DNA of 63,814 nucleotides, the filler included, from Octopus bimaculoides (Eukaryota): the NCBI RefSeq assembly GCF_001194135.2. It is 10 parts of 8 records of this genome, joined end to end, with 100 filler letters (N's around TTAATTAATTAA, not from the genome) between each part and the next. Parts side by side here need not be neighbours in the genome. Positions count along the whole stretch, not along the records: positions 23,183 to 27,494 come from NC_069001.1; positions 27,595 to 30,125 come from NC_069009.1; positions 30,226 to 40,965 come from NC_069000.1; 7 more parts are not named here. One strand, given 5' to 3'. Positions 23,646-34,026 of the stretch are shown in pieces. The notes under the pieces were generated by a model. That model worked only from the letters and a program-made list of their open reading frames with translations, did no database searches and was not told the DNA's origin. Both the position numbers and the translations under genes were made by a program. Position 1 is the stretch's first letter. Each line of letters starts with the position of its first letter.

Positions 23646-24843
23646 GGACATGCTGACGAAAAGACGTCAACGGAGTCTCATAGATCGATGGAAAACGCGA
23701 GGCCTACAGAAACGTGGCCAAACACCGAGTCCCAATCCTTCCCTCATGGGTCGCATATCATCAAACCCTTCAACACAGGGCTATTTGAAACAAGATGGTG
23801 TCCGATCTCATTCCTTCCCAAAGCTCAACCCGTCATCTCAGACGTATTCTTGGAAAGACCGAGTGGCAGCGGCCCCCGACACGCGCGATACTGAACCTCC
23901 TAACAATATGACAATCTCGAAGTATGCGAACCCCATGGACGAGTCGCAGCCGAAAAGTAACATTCTTCGCAAGCGTTCGAGTCACATACAAGACACAGGT
24001 TGCCAAACTGATGCCGAGATCCTGGGAATGCTATTAGCTTTTCTAAGGAACCACATAGGTGGAATATCTGACGCTGAAAGTGGAGAAAAATCCTTTTTCA
24101 GCGGCCTTAATGATAAGATGGTAACATTCTCTACTAACGACGCCATCTGCAACCAAGAATCGATGTCAACGAATCGCCATTACTCCATAACACCACTTCC
24201 GCTCTCGGAATCCCCTAAGGGGGCCTGCATTGATTGTATCCCTGGTAACACGTTGGCCAGTGAAAAATCCCCGTTGCTAAGCGCCGACGATGATGCTGAT
24301 ACGCTGTCGTTAGGGGACACAAACCTGGAATCCGGGAAAGAATTCAGTTTCTCCAGTAGTCTTCGCGAATTCCCTTTCATGTTGAAACGTCGCCAAAAAG
24401 CGAAGCATGCACACAACGAAAGTGACGTGTCAGAAATGTCTTGGATGGCACAGAGCAGTGGCCAAGAAAGCATTCAGAGCACGCCAGACAACTGTCTCTT
24501 TCCTAGTGTGTCTGAGTCACCTAACCTATTGAACGCCGCAGACCGGAAGTCGGTGCTCACGCCGCAATCCTCATACGAGTCACGTGATAACGACAAGAGT
24601 TGCAACGGCTACGAGCCACTGGTAGTCACGGTGTCAGTGACGCCGTCGACGTCAGCGGCGGCGGCGGCGTTGGCGGCAGGAATGGCGACGGGAGTCAGAG
24701 AGACCGCAGCAAAAGTGGGAGGTGGTGCTGCTGCTCTCGATAAACCGCTTCACACTGCTCCCCACGCCTCCTCCTCCGCCTCTTCTTCCGCCGCTGCTGC
24801 TGCCGCCATGGCTGGCAGCGTTGCCAATACCAACGCCGCTGTC
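23646..24843 (+). CDS. large coding exon of an unidentified host gene (Ser/Pro-rich, probably disordered, ending in an Ala-rich tract); 3' end lost in a gap
   Basis: ~400 stop-free codons of non-repetitive, GC-elevated sequence directly after a strong acceptor: (D)MLTKRRQRSLIDRWK...DTGCQTD...AAAAAAMAGSVANTNAAV. The ATG at 23650 is probably internal. No domain recognised. Confidence 0.8.
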
Positions 24844-25300
24844 NNNNNNNNNNNNNNNNNNNNNNNNNNNNNNNNNNNNNNNNNNNNNNNNNNNNNNNNN
24901 NNNNNNNNNNNNNNNNNNNNNNNNNNNNNNNNNNNNNNNNNNNNNNNNNNNNNNNNNNNNNNNNNNNNNNNNNNNNNNNNNNNNNNNNNNNNNNNNNNNN
25001 NNNNNNNNNNNNNNNNNNNNNNNNNNNNNNNNNNNNNNNNNNNNNNNNNNNNNNNNNNNNNNNNNNNNNNNNNNNNNNNNNNNNNNNNNNNNNNNNNNNN
25101 NNNNNNNNNNNNNNNNNNNNNNNNNNNNNNNNNNNNNNNNNNNNNNNNNNNNNNNNNNNNNNNNNNNNNNNNNNNNNNNNNNNNNNNNNNNNNNNNNNNN
25201 NNNNNNNNNNNNNNNNNNNNNNNNNNNNNNNNNNNNNNNNNNNNNNNNNNNNNNNNNNNNNNNNNNNNNNNNNNNNNNNNNNNNNNNNNNNNNNNNNNNN

Positions 25301-25344
<44 letters not shown>

Positions 25345-26214
25345 CATGAATATGTATGCATTTATATATATATGTATACATACATATATTCATGTATATA
25401 TACATATGTATATATGTATGTATTTATGTATATATATATATATGCACGTATTTATATACATATATATATACATATAATATATATATATATATATATAATA
25501 TACACACACACAAAAGTAGGGGTAGTGGAACAAGGTTGTGGTAATTGATTGACCCTTATTAGGGTAGTGGTAGTGGTGGTGGTGGTTTGTTAGTGGTTCG
25601 TTGGTGGTTTGATGGTAGTGGCACTATGTGAGTGTGTGTGTGTGTGTGTGTGTCACACCATTTTGACCACAGTGGAGTGAGAAACCGGCGTGACAGTAGA
25701 ATTGAAAGCCAGTAGGTGTGACAGCAGATTACGGCAGCCCGGTTTGAAACCGCAATATACTAACTACCGTGTCTAACCTCACCGAGTGACTATCGACTCT
25801 CCCAGGGTGGGGACATCCACCTTTAATATTCAAATGTCAACTTCAATACTTCGATTTCATGGAACCGCAAAATATCGACAACAGCAAGAAATATTTTAAA
25901 ATAGAAAGCTAAAAACTACAGAAACGAGTGACGGAGCTAATATTAACGTGTACGACGGTAGTTTGTACAACGGTAACCATAGCAACAAGAACAGGACAGC
26001 GGAAACACCGATGACAACAACTACTACAACCTCAATAATAACCATAGCAACAAAGACACCAACATTAACAATAAAATGCTCTTTTACATTGTTTGACCTG
26101 CGAGAAATAGCTACTAAATCTCTCTCAATTCACATCACTTACTATTTGCCAAAAGAAAGTAGCACACATTAGATTATGTACTCCTTGATACATTATGTTT
26201 GAATAAAAGTTGAA

Positions 26215-26790
26215 ATGGTCATGGGTGGAACAGCTTTGATGACAGGCCTGCTGGACCACGACTGACCTAGGGCTAAACCATAACAGTTACGTCGAAGAAG
26301 AACTCATGAGACGAGTAGTTTTGTATGTACCAAGTCTAAATATAAGACAGGGTGGTCACAGTTGGATCACCTTTGATCATAGTTCTGCCGGATCATTGCT
26401 GACGAGAGGTTGAACAACACCAGCAGCAAAAGCGGCCATTACGAATTGTCTTAATACAACTGTCACGTGACCACCACTTCAAACACAGCCACACGATCCC
26501 ATCCAATCCTACCGTGACTAATACATCTACCACGACACAACCACCTTATACCAACACAATCTACCCACCTCTAAGTGGTCGTCCAATCTGTTAGAAAAAG
26601 CAGTCAAATCTCCCTAAAATCACACTCTATCGTTTTAAAAAGGCGGAACCCGTTGGATAATATGGATCTAGCTTTCCAGCACACATATAAAAGACGGGAT
26701 GGCCATGGATGGAATATATTTGATTAAAGGTCTGTCTCGATCACGGTTCATCTGGGGTTAGACAACAACTACAGCAACAACAACCTAAAT
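26215..26790 (+). mobile_element. three retroposon 3' tails (family F, (CAA)n-ended)
   Basis: Variants of GGTCATGG..GGAA...TTTGAT.A.AGG.CTG...GA.CA.G..TGA.CT.GGG.TA.ACAAC at ~26215-26290, ~26345-26425 and ~26695-26790; the same tail recurs at ~36365-36440. Confidence 0.55.
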
Positions 26791-27421
26791 TATTTCAGAC
26801 GTTCCTCATATTCTATTTATTATTGTTGTTGTTGTTGTTGATAATGATGATGTTGTTATTGTCATTGTTTTTATTATTGTTGATGTTGTTGTTGTTGTTT
26901 TTCACAGTTTGCCAAAAAGAGAAAAAAAAAAAACACATTGCCAAATTTTTTGAAAACAAAAACTGAAAAAAAATCAACAACAAATATGGACGGTTTTCTG
27001 GGTTTCGTAGCAAATAAAAATAAAATAAAATAAAATAAAATAAAATAAAAAATCGATTTTTTTTTTTAATGTTTTTGGCCCTTTTCCACGAAGACTGACA
27101 ATTCATGGCACCCTTAAGGATAAATTTCGGGATCGATTTCAAGCGAAGGATTTTGGTTTTAAATTAATAATTTTTAGCAGAAACTGTAGCAAGCAAACCA
27201 TAATAGTCACGACTATTATATGTCCTCAATGGAATCCTTTAAAGCACTGTAATAATGTATATATGTGTGTATATGTATATACGCATATACATGTATATAC
27301 ATCCATTCATACGTATATACATAAATTCACGTATCTATATATGTGTGTATATATAAATACATATATATGTATATATATATATTACATATATATATATATA
27401 TATACATATATATGTATGTAT

Positions 27422-27494
<73 letters not shown>

Positions 27495-27594
27495 NNNNNN
27501 NNNNNNNNNNNNNNNNNNNNNNNNNNNNNNNNNNNNNNTTAATTAATTAANNNNNNNNNNNNNNNNNNNNNNNNNNNNNNNNNNNNNNNNNNNN

Positions 27595-27897
27595 TGTGAG
27601 TGTTTATTGAACGAAAACACCTAAAGCTCCACGAGGCTCCGGCAGGCGATGGTGGCGAACCCTGCTGTACTCTTTCACCACAACTTTCTCTCACTCTTAC
27701 TTCCTGTTTCTGTTGTGCCTGTAATTCAAAGGGTCAGCCTTGTCACACTGTGTCACGCTGAATCTCCCTGAGAACTACGTTAAGGGTACACGTGTCTGTG
27801 GAGTGCTCAGCCACTTGCACGTTAATTTCACGAGCAGGCTGTTCCATTGATCAGATCAACCGGAACCCTCAACGTCGTAATCGACAGAGTGCTCCTC
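27595..27897 (+). mobile_element. family D SINE (head lost in gap)
   Basis: About 93% similar by eye to the reverse complement of 30290-30590. Confidence 0.9.
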
Positions 27898-28240
27898 AGT
27901 GATGTTGGACCAAGAAGTGTAGAAGGTGGACTTTGTTGTTGTGGAATGGGTTGGAATCTGGCCACAGTAATAAAATAATAATGACCAACCACTATCAGTT
28001 TGTGCTGATTGCTGTTGAGACTTCTGGCATTCTCAGACCCCACCTTACTGATTTCCTCTGCAAAATCAGGATAACAGTGACCCCTCTGAGAAATGAATCC
28101 TGCAAAGAGATGGGGGCTGCTACAGTGATTTTTGTAGGCCATTCTCTGTGGCAATGCCAACACAGTCATGGCCATGGGGCATGGCTGAGCACATCACTGG
28201 TTCTGGAGTAGGTGGCCGATTGCTCCCTCCTCATCCACCA

Positions 28241-29250
28241 ACGAGGACAGACAAAGGGATTAAGTCAATTACATCAACCCCCAGTGTGTAACTGGTAATT
28301 ATTTAATCAACCTCGAAAGGATGAAAGACTAAGCCGACCTCGGCAGAATTTGAACTCAGTACGTAAATACACAGATGAAATACCGCTAAGCATTTCGTCT
28401 GGCGTGCTAACGATTCTGCCAGCTTATTGGTTAAGTATTGGATTAATAATGATTTCAAATTTTGGCCCAATACCAGCAAGTTTGGGGAGGGAATAAATTG
28501 ATTACATTGACCCCAATACATAACTGGTACTTACTTTATCAACCCCAAAAGGACGAAAGGCAAAGTTGACCATAGTGGCATTCGAACTGTAAATGAGAGA
28601 GTAAAGGCAGACGAAATGCTGTAAAGCATTTTGCTTGGATGAAAAGCTGCAAAGTGTTTTACCTGGTGTGCTAACAATTCTTATTTCTTTATTGCCCACA
28701 AGGGGCTAAACATAGAGGGGACAGACAAAAGGGTTAAGTCGATTACATCAACCCCAGTGCGTAACTGGTACTTAATTTATCGACCCCGAAAGGATGAAAG
28801 GCAAAGTCGACCTTGGCAGAATTTGAACTCAGAACATAACGGCAGACAAAATACTGCTAAGCATTTCGCCCGGCACACTAACAATTGTTATTTATTTATT
28901 GCCCACAAGGGGCTAACCATAGAAGGGACAGACAAATGTGTTAAGTCGATTACATTGACACCAGTGTGTAACTGGTACTTAATCTCCCTTAAGTGTGCAT
29001 TTTGCACCAAAAAGCCAATATGAGAGCTTCTTATTTATTTACTGCCCACAAGGGGCTACACACAGAAGGGACAAACAAGGATAGAGAAAGGGATTAAGTC
29101 GATTACATCAACCCCAGTGCGTAACTGGTACTTAATTTATCGACCCCGAAAGGATGAAAGGCAAAGTCGACCTCGGTGGAATTTGAACTCAGAACGTAAT
29201 GGCAGAGGAACTACCGCTAAGCATTTTGCTCGGTGTGCTAACAATTCTGC
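28241..29250 (-). mobile_element. cluster of family A SINE units, including a head-to-tail multimer
   Basis: Five full or partial units; tail-to-head junctions at ~28676 and ~28883. Confidence 0.9.
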
Positions 29251-29254
29251 CTGC

Positions 29255-29750
29255 ACCAAATTAATAGTGACAGTTATTTGACTAAATCCATTATTTTCAA
29301 AATTTATTGAAATGAAGTCAGTGTATTTCAGCAGATATATGGCAACAAAAGGGTTAAAGTGATCAAGATGAAAACCTTCCATCAAAATTTCATGCTAACT
29401 CATGTTTGAAACACTAGCTTGATAATGACAGTTATTTCACTAAATTCTTCAATAATTAAAAAAAAAAAGAAGAAGAACTCAAACAAACACTGCATATTTC
29501 AATAGAAATATGGTAAACAAAAAAATTAACCCTTCTGATATCGGCTTGCTTGAAACTGCCTTCATTCAGCAATACAAATTTAATTTTAATGCGAGTTGAA
29601 TTAAAACCTTCCATCAAAATTTCATGTTAATTTAATTTCCAAACACTCGCTTCATGACGACAGCTGTTTTTTTAAATTCCTCATTATTTTCAAAATTAAA
29701 TGAATCAGAGTCAATATATTTCAACAGAAATATCGCAACAAAAGGGTTAA
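29255..29750. mobile_element. tandem piggyBac-like MITE copies
   Basis: TTAA|CCCTT at 29526-29534 and AAGGG|TTAA at 29742-29750 bound one copy; another AAAAGGG|TTAA end at 29347-29357; internal blocks (AAAACCTTCCATCAAAATTT) repeated. Confidence 0.6.
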
Positions 29751-30278
29751 AGATAATTACTTTAAACATGACATCTCTAATTGCTATTGTAACTATCGTT
29801 TAATTGCTCTTGGAACTCCTTATAAACATATTTTATATACAGGGAAAATTAATGACATTAATCGTCTAGTATGCAGATTTCTCTGCCGAACGTAAAGCTT
29901 ATCTATTTCCATTGTTTTGAATTAATCCTGGATTATCTCATAGCTTTGAGATTTTAACGATGTGATTTATTTTCTGGAATAACATTGTAGGTAGGCGTGA
30001 GAGGCTGGATGTGGCCAGATTAATCCTTTTTCGTTAAATATATAAAGCTTATCTATTTCCATTGTTTTGAATTAATCCTGGATTATCTCATAGCTTTGAG
30101 ATTTTAACGATGTGATTTATTTTCTNNNNNNNNNNNNNNNNNNNNNNNNNNNNNNNNNNNNNNNNNNNNTTAATTAATTAANNNNNNNNNNNNNNNNNNN
30201 NNNNNNNNNNNNNNNNNNNNNNNNNAGATGGACTAACCCATTACAATACACAAGAACTGAGTGAACTGTCAGCAATGG

Positions 30279-30665
30279 TGTTGTTGTTGGCACTCCGTCG
30301 CTTATGACGTCAAGGGTTCCAGTTGATCCGATCAACGGAACAGCCTGCTCGTGGAATTAACGTGCAAGTGGCTGAGCACTCCACAGACACTTGTGCCCTT
30401 AACGCAGTTCTCGGGGATATTCAGCGTGACACAATGTGACAAGGCTGACCCTTTGAATTACAGGTACAACAGAAACAGGAAGTAAGAGTGAGAGAAAGTT
30501 GTGGTGAAAGAGTACAGCAGGGTTCGCCACCATCCCCTGCCGGAGCCTTGTGGAGCTTTAGGTGTTTTCGCTCAATAAACACTCACAACGCCTGGTCTGG
30601 GAATCGAAACCGCGATCCTATGACCACGAGTCCGCTGCCCTAACCACTGGGCCATTGCGCCTCCA
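30279..30665 (-). mobile_element. family D tRNA-derived SINE, full length, (CAA)n tail, decayed TSD
   Basis: Head TGGAGGCGCAATGGCCCAGTGGTTAGG, B box GGTTTCGATTCCC; flanks TCAGCAATGGTGT (30269-81) and TGAGCAGTGGTGT (30666-78). Confidence 0.9.
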
Positions 30666-31239
30666 TGAGCAGTGGTGTAATTCACTGTGTTAGTTTGATG
30701 TGTGTTGGTTTAACGGTCAGTAGTTGAACAGTGAAATACTGAGTATCGTACCTACGTTTGAGAAGTATGGAGTATATTCTGTGTTAACATATATTTCTGT
30801 GATTTGTTATTTCTAGGTAACCACAACCAACTATTTATTTGTGTAATACCATTTTACACCAGACATGAATACCCACATCGTAACACTTTCCCAGGGTGAA
30901 GCTTGGTGGGTGGAAATCTATAAAATAATGTATCAGTCCAGTGTTTAGGATCAAGCAGAATTCTTAGAACTTTAGACACAGTGCCTTGTAGCATTGATTC
31001 CAGTTCGTTACTTTTCAAACTCCCAGACAGGTGTGGCAAACTTGTCTATGTCAAGTCGACAAGATGGTGTCTTGTAACAAAAATACCCAAAGGAAGGCAA
31101 CAGGGAACCGCCTTTTGTAGTTTCCCATGAAAATTTCTCATGGCAAGCACATTGCAGTTGTCAAATTCCCTACAATTCATGTGATCTGATGTCACAGGAA
31201 GGCAAACACAACCAATCCTGTCATCCTCTGCCCTGTCTC

Positions 31240-31435
31240 ATCACCATTATCATCATCATCATTATCAGCAGCAGCAGCATTTAATGTCTGTGTGTCATGC
31301 TGCAAAGGGCAGCAGAGTTTGACAGGATCCAATGGAGTCTCAAGGACCGTATCCTGCTCCAGTGTCTGTTTTGGCATGGTTTCTACACCTGGATGTCCTT
31401 CTTAACTCCAATCTCTTTTCAGTGTGTACAACACT
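31240..31435 (-). mobile_element. family E retroposon 3' part with (GAT)n tail
   Basis: (CAT)n-TTTAATGTC...GGTTTCTACACCTGGATGTCCTTC. Confidence 0.65.
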
Positions 31436-31529
31436 CAATAAACACACACATACACACACACACACACACTCACACATACACACAGACACACACACGCATG
31501 CACACACACATGCATGCATGCGCATAAGT

Positions 31530-31688
31530 GATGGCCATCTTTCAGTTTATGTTCATAAAATTCATTCATAAGGCTTTGTTCAGCCTGAGTTTATAGAAGA
31601 GACTTGCCCAAGGTGCTTCACACTGGGACGGACCCCAAGACCACATGGTTGGGAAGCAAACTGCCTAACCACACAGCCATGCCTGCAG
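31530..31688 (-). mobile_element. family C SINE 5' half
   Basis: ACTTGCCCAAGGTG...ACCACATGGTTGGGAAGCAA...ACCACACAGCCATGCCTG. Confidence 0.8.
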
Positions 31689-31815
31689 CTATAAGAACAT
31701 TCCCAATGAGGATGAGATTTTAAACTTACGCAGGGTAACCCCCACTAGATTAGAAGTCCATTGTCTCAACCCCTGAGCAAAACAATACAAAAAGACATTC
31801 CAACAAATCTATTAG

Positions 31816-32111
31816 CAGTTCTATATTTAAGAGATGAGGAATTATGTACATTATGTACATTATTTACATTATTTACAATTGACGAATATTTGTCCTCATC
31901 TTGTTTGTTGTTAACACAACGTTTCAGCTGATATACCCTCCAGCCTTCATCAGGTGTCTTGGGGAAATTTCAAACCTGGGTTCTCATTCCTAAGGTATTT
32001 TTCGATGTTGTTATTATTATTATTATGATTATTATTATTATTATTATTCAGGTCACTGCCTGGAATCGAACTCGGAATCCTGGGCTTAGTAGCCCACACT
32101 CTGAGCCACTA
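31816..32111 (-). mobile_element. tRNA-headed, hammerhead-containing SINE-like element (copy 1)
   Basis: Minus strand: TAGTGG..AGAGTGTGGGCTACTAA...GAGTTCGATTCC (tRNA-like), (AAT)n, unique body with hammerhead, (AATAATGTA)-type repeats, end ..TTAAATATAGAACTG. Confidence 0.85.
31913..31958 (-). ncRNA. minimal type I hammerhead ribozyme (core intact)
   Basis: GACAC-CUGAUGA-A-GGCUG(GAGGGUAUAU)CAGCU-GAAAC-GUU-GUGUU: stem I GACAC/GUGUU, stem II 5 bp, palindromic stem III AACGUU. Confidence 0.8.
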
Positions 32112-32112
32112 T

Positions 32113-32211
32113 GTGGGCTACTAACCCCAAGATTCTGAGTTCAATTCCAGGTAGTGATCTGAATAATAATAATAAATCTTGGGGTTAGTAGCCCGCACTC
32201 TTAACCACTAT
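32113..32211. repeat. two extra inverted head fragments of the same element
   Basis: + fragment GTGGGCTACTAACCCCAAG...GAATAATAATAATAA (32113-32175), then a - fragment ATCTTGGGGTTAGTAGCCCGCACTCTTAACCACTA (32176-32211). Confidence 0.9.
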
Positions 32212-32212
32212 G

Positions 32213-32460
32213 TAGTGGTTAAGAGTGTGGGTTACTAACCCCAAGATTCCGAGTTCGATTCCAGGCAGTGACCTGAATAATAATAATAATAATAATAATG
32301 ATAATAATAATAACAACATCGAAAAATACCTTAGGAATGAGAACCCAGGTTCGAAATTTCCCCAAGACACCTGATGAAGGCTGGAGGGTATATCAGCCAA
32401 AATGTTGTGTTAACAACAAACATGATGAGGACAAATATCCATCAAATGAAAATAATGTAA
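32213..32460 (+). mobile_element. tRNA-headed, hammerhead-containing SINE-like element (copy 2)
   Basis: TAGTGGTTAAGAGTGTGGGTTACTAACCCC..GAGTTCGATTCCAGG, (AAT)n, AACATCGAAAAATACCTTAGG..., hammerhead region. Confidence 0.85.
32366..32411 (+). ncRNA. hammerhead ribozyme copy, core mutated (GAAAC to AAAAT)
   Basis: GACAC-CUGAUGA-A-GGCUG..CAGCC-AAAAU-GUU-GUGUU. Confidence 0.65.
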
Positions 32461-32819
32461 ATAAATGTATTAGCACTACTATAATGGTCTCCATGCACCC
32501 ACTGTGTATCTAAGACCTTCTCAGCTTCCTTCTTTATGCTCTCATCTCTGCTATGTCTCATCTTTCAGATCCTACACAAAACACTTCTTACCAATCCTTA
32601 CTTCTCAGCCGAGCAAACCCTCTGGAATTTGTCTTCCTGCCCACATTTTTATGTTTTTGTTTTGTTTTTTTCTTTTTTCTCCAATATCAGGCTTTACCAA
32701 TCTGGTTGGATGTGGGGTAAGAGGGGTGGGTGGATGAGTATTCCAGACCTCACAGACACTTCCCACCTGCCTAACACATTCTCTGACTAACACATTCTCT
32801 CAGCATTATTCTTAGTTTA

Positions 32820-33294
32820 TTTCTTGTATGTTGTTGTTGTGGTTGTTGTGGCAGTTGTTTATAGTCATCAGAAATTTTAGCAACAGCAGCATCTTATGCA
32901 AAATCATTGTTGCTATTATTTTTAGCATCACCAAGGCCACCACGACCACGACCACTGTAGTCATTGTTATCATCAACATGACTACCACCAACACCACCAC
33001 CAACAACAAGAACACCATCACCACCACCACATCACCACCATCATTATCATCACTGTTTTCATCACCAATATGACTGTCATAGTCATCGTCATTATGACCA
33101 CCACCACCACCACCACCACCACCACGATCATCATTAGTGTTATGGCTACCATCTCCACCACAGCCATCACCTCCACCACCACGACCACCATTACCATCAT
33201 CATCATCATTATCATTTGTGTCAGATTAATAATAGTTTGTCCATGCTCAAATGAATTGAATGGTTACTCTTACTGGCAAACTTTATTATTATCA

Positions 33295-33339
<45 letters not shown>

Positions 33340-33378
33340 GTTTGACTTTTGTTTTGCATTTTTATTATTATTATTATC

Positions 33379-33439
<61 letters not shown>

Positions 33440-33440
33440 N
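32820..33440. repeat. compound trinucleotide microsatellites (CAC/CAT/CAA/TAT)n
   Basis: Read directly. Confidence 0.95.
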
Positions 33441-34026
33441 NNNNNNNNNNNNNNNNNNNNNNNNNNNNNNNNNNNNNNNNNNNNNNNNNNNNNNNNNNNN
33501 NNNNNNNNNNNNNNNNNNNNNNNNNNNNNNNNNNNNNNNNNNNNNNNNNNNNNNNNNNNNNNNNNNNNNNNNNNNNNNNNNNNNNNNNNNNNNNNNNNNN
33601 NNNNNNNNNNNNNNNNNNNNNNNNNNNNNNNNNNNNNNNNNNNNNNNNNNNNNNNNNNNNNNNNNNNNNNNNNNNNNNNNNNNNNNNNNNNNNNNNNNNN
33701 NNNNNNNNNNNNNNNNNNNNNNNNNNNNNNNNNNNNNNNNNNNNNNNNNNNNNNNNNNNNNNNNNNNNNNNNNNNNNNNNNNNNNNNNNNNNNNNNNNNN
33801 NNNNNNNNNNNNNNNNNNNNNNNNNNNNNNNNNNNNNNNNNNNNNNNNNNNNNNNNNNNGTTCAAATATAATCAAAAATTTGGAGGGGTTTCCATAAAAA
33901 TTCATTAACTGGTTTCAGTCACTGGGTTGTGGCCATGCTGGGGCATCAATATCATTGATTGTATTAACCCTAAGGCCTGGTTATTTATTTCCTCAACTGT
34001 TATATATATAGTGAGCTTGGAATATG

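Noticed and set aside
24844-25548. Extension of the 632 aa ORF through the gap to 25548
   Set aside because: Consists of X residues and (TG)/(TA) microsatellite translation.
28241-29250. CRISPR-like regularly spaced repeats
   Set aside because: Units are ~200 bp SINE bodies with Pol III boxes, in a eukaryotic context with no cas genes.
29895-30125. Exact ~81 bp direct duplication (29895-29975 and 30044-30125)
   Set aside because: The second copy ends at a gap edge and is identical: likely a contig-end assembly artefact.
30600-30665. tRNA genes suggested by A/B boxes and arm-like stems (also the other SINE heads)
   Set aside because: No complete acceptor stem or cloverleaf, and each continues into a SINE body.
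32812-33440. Poly-T/V/I/L/Y ORFs
   Set aside because: Trinucleotide microsatellites adjacent to a gap.
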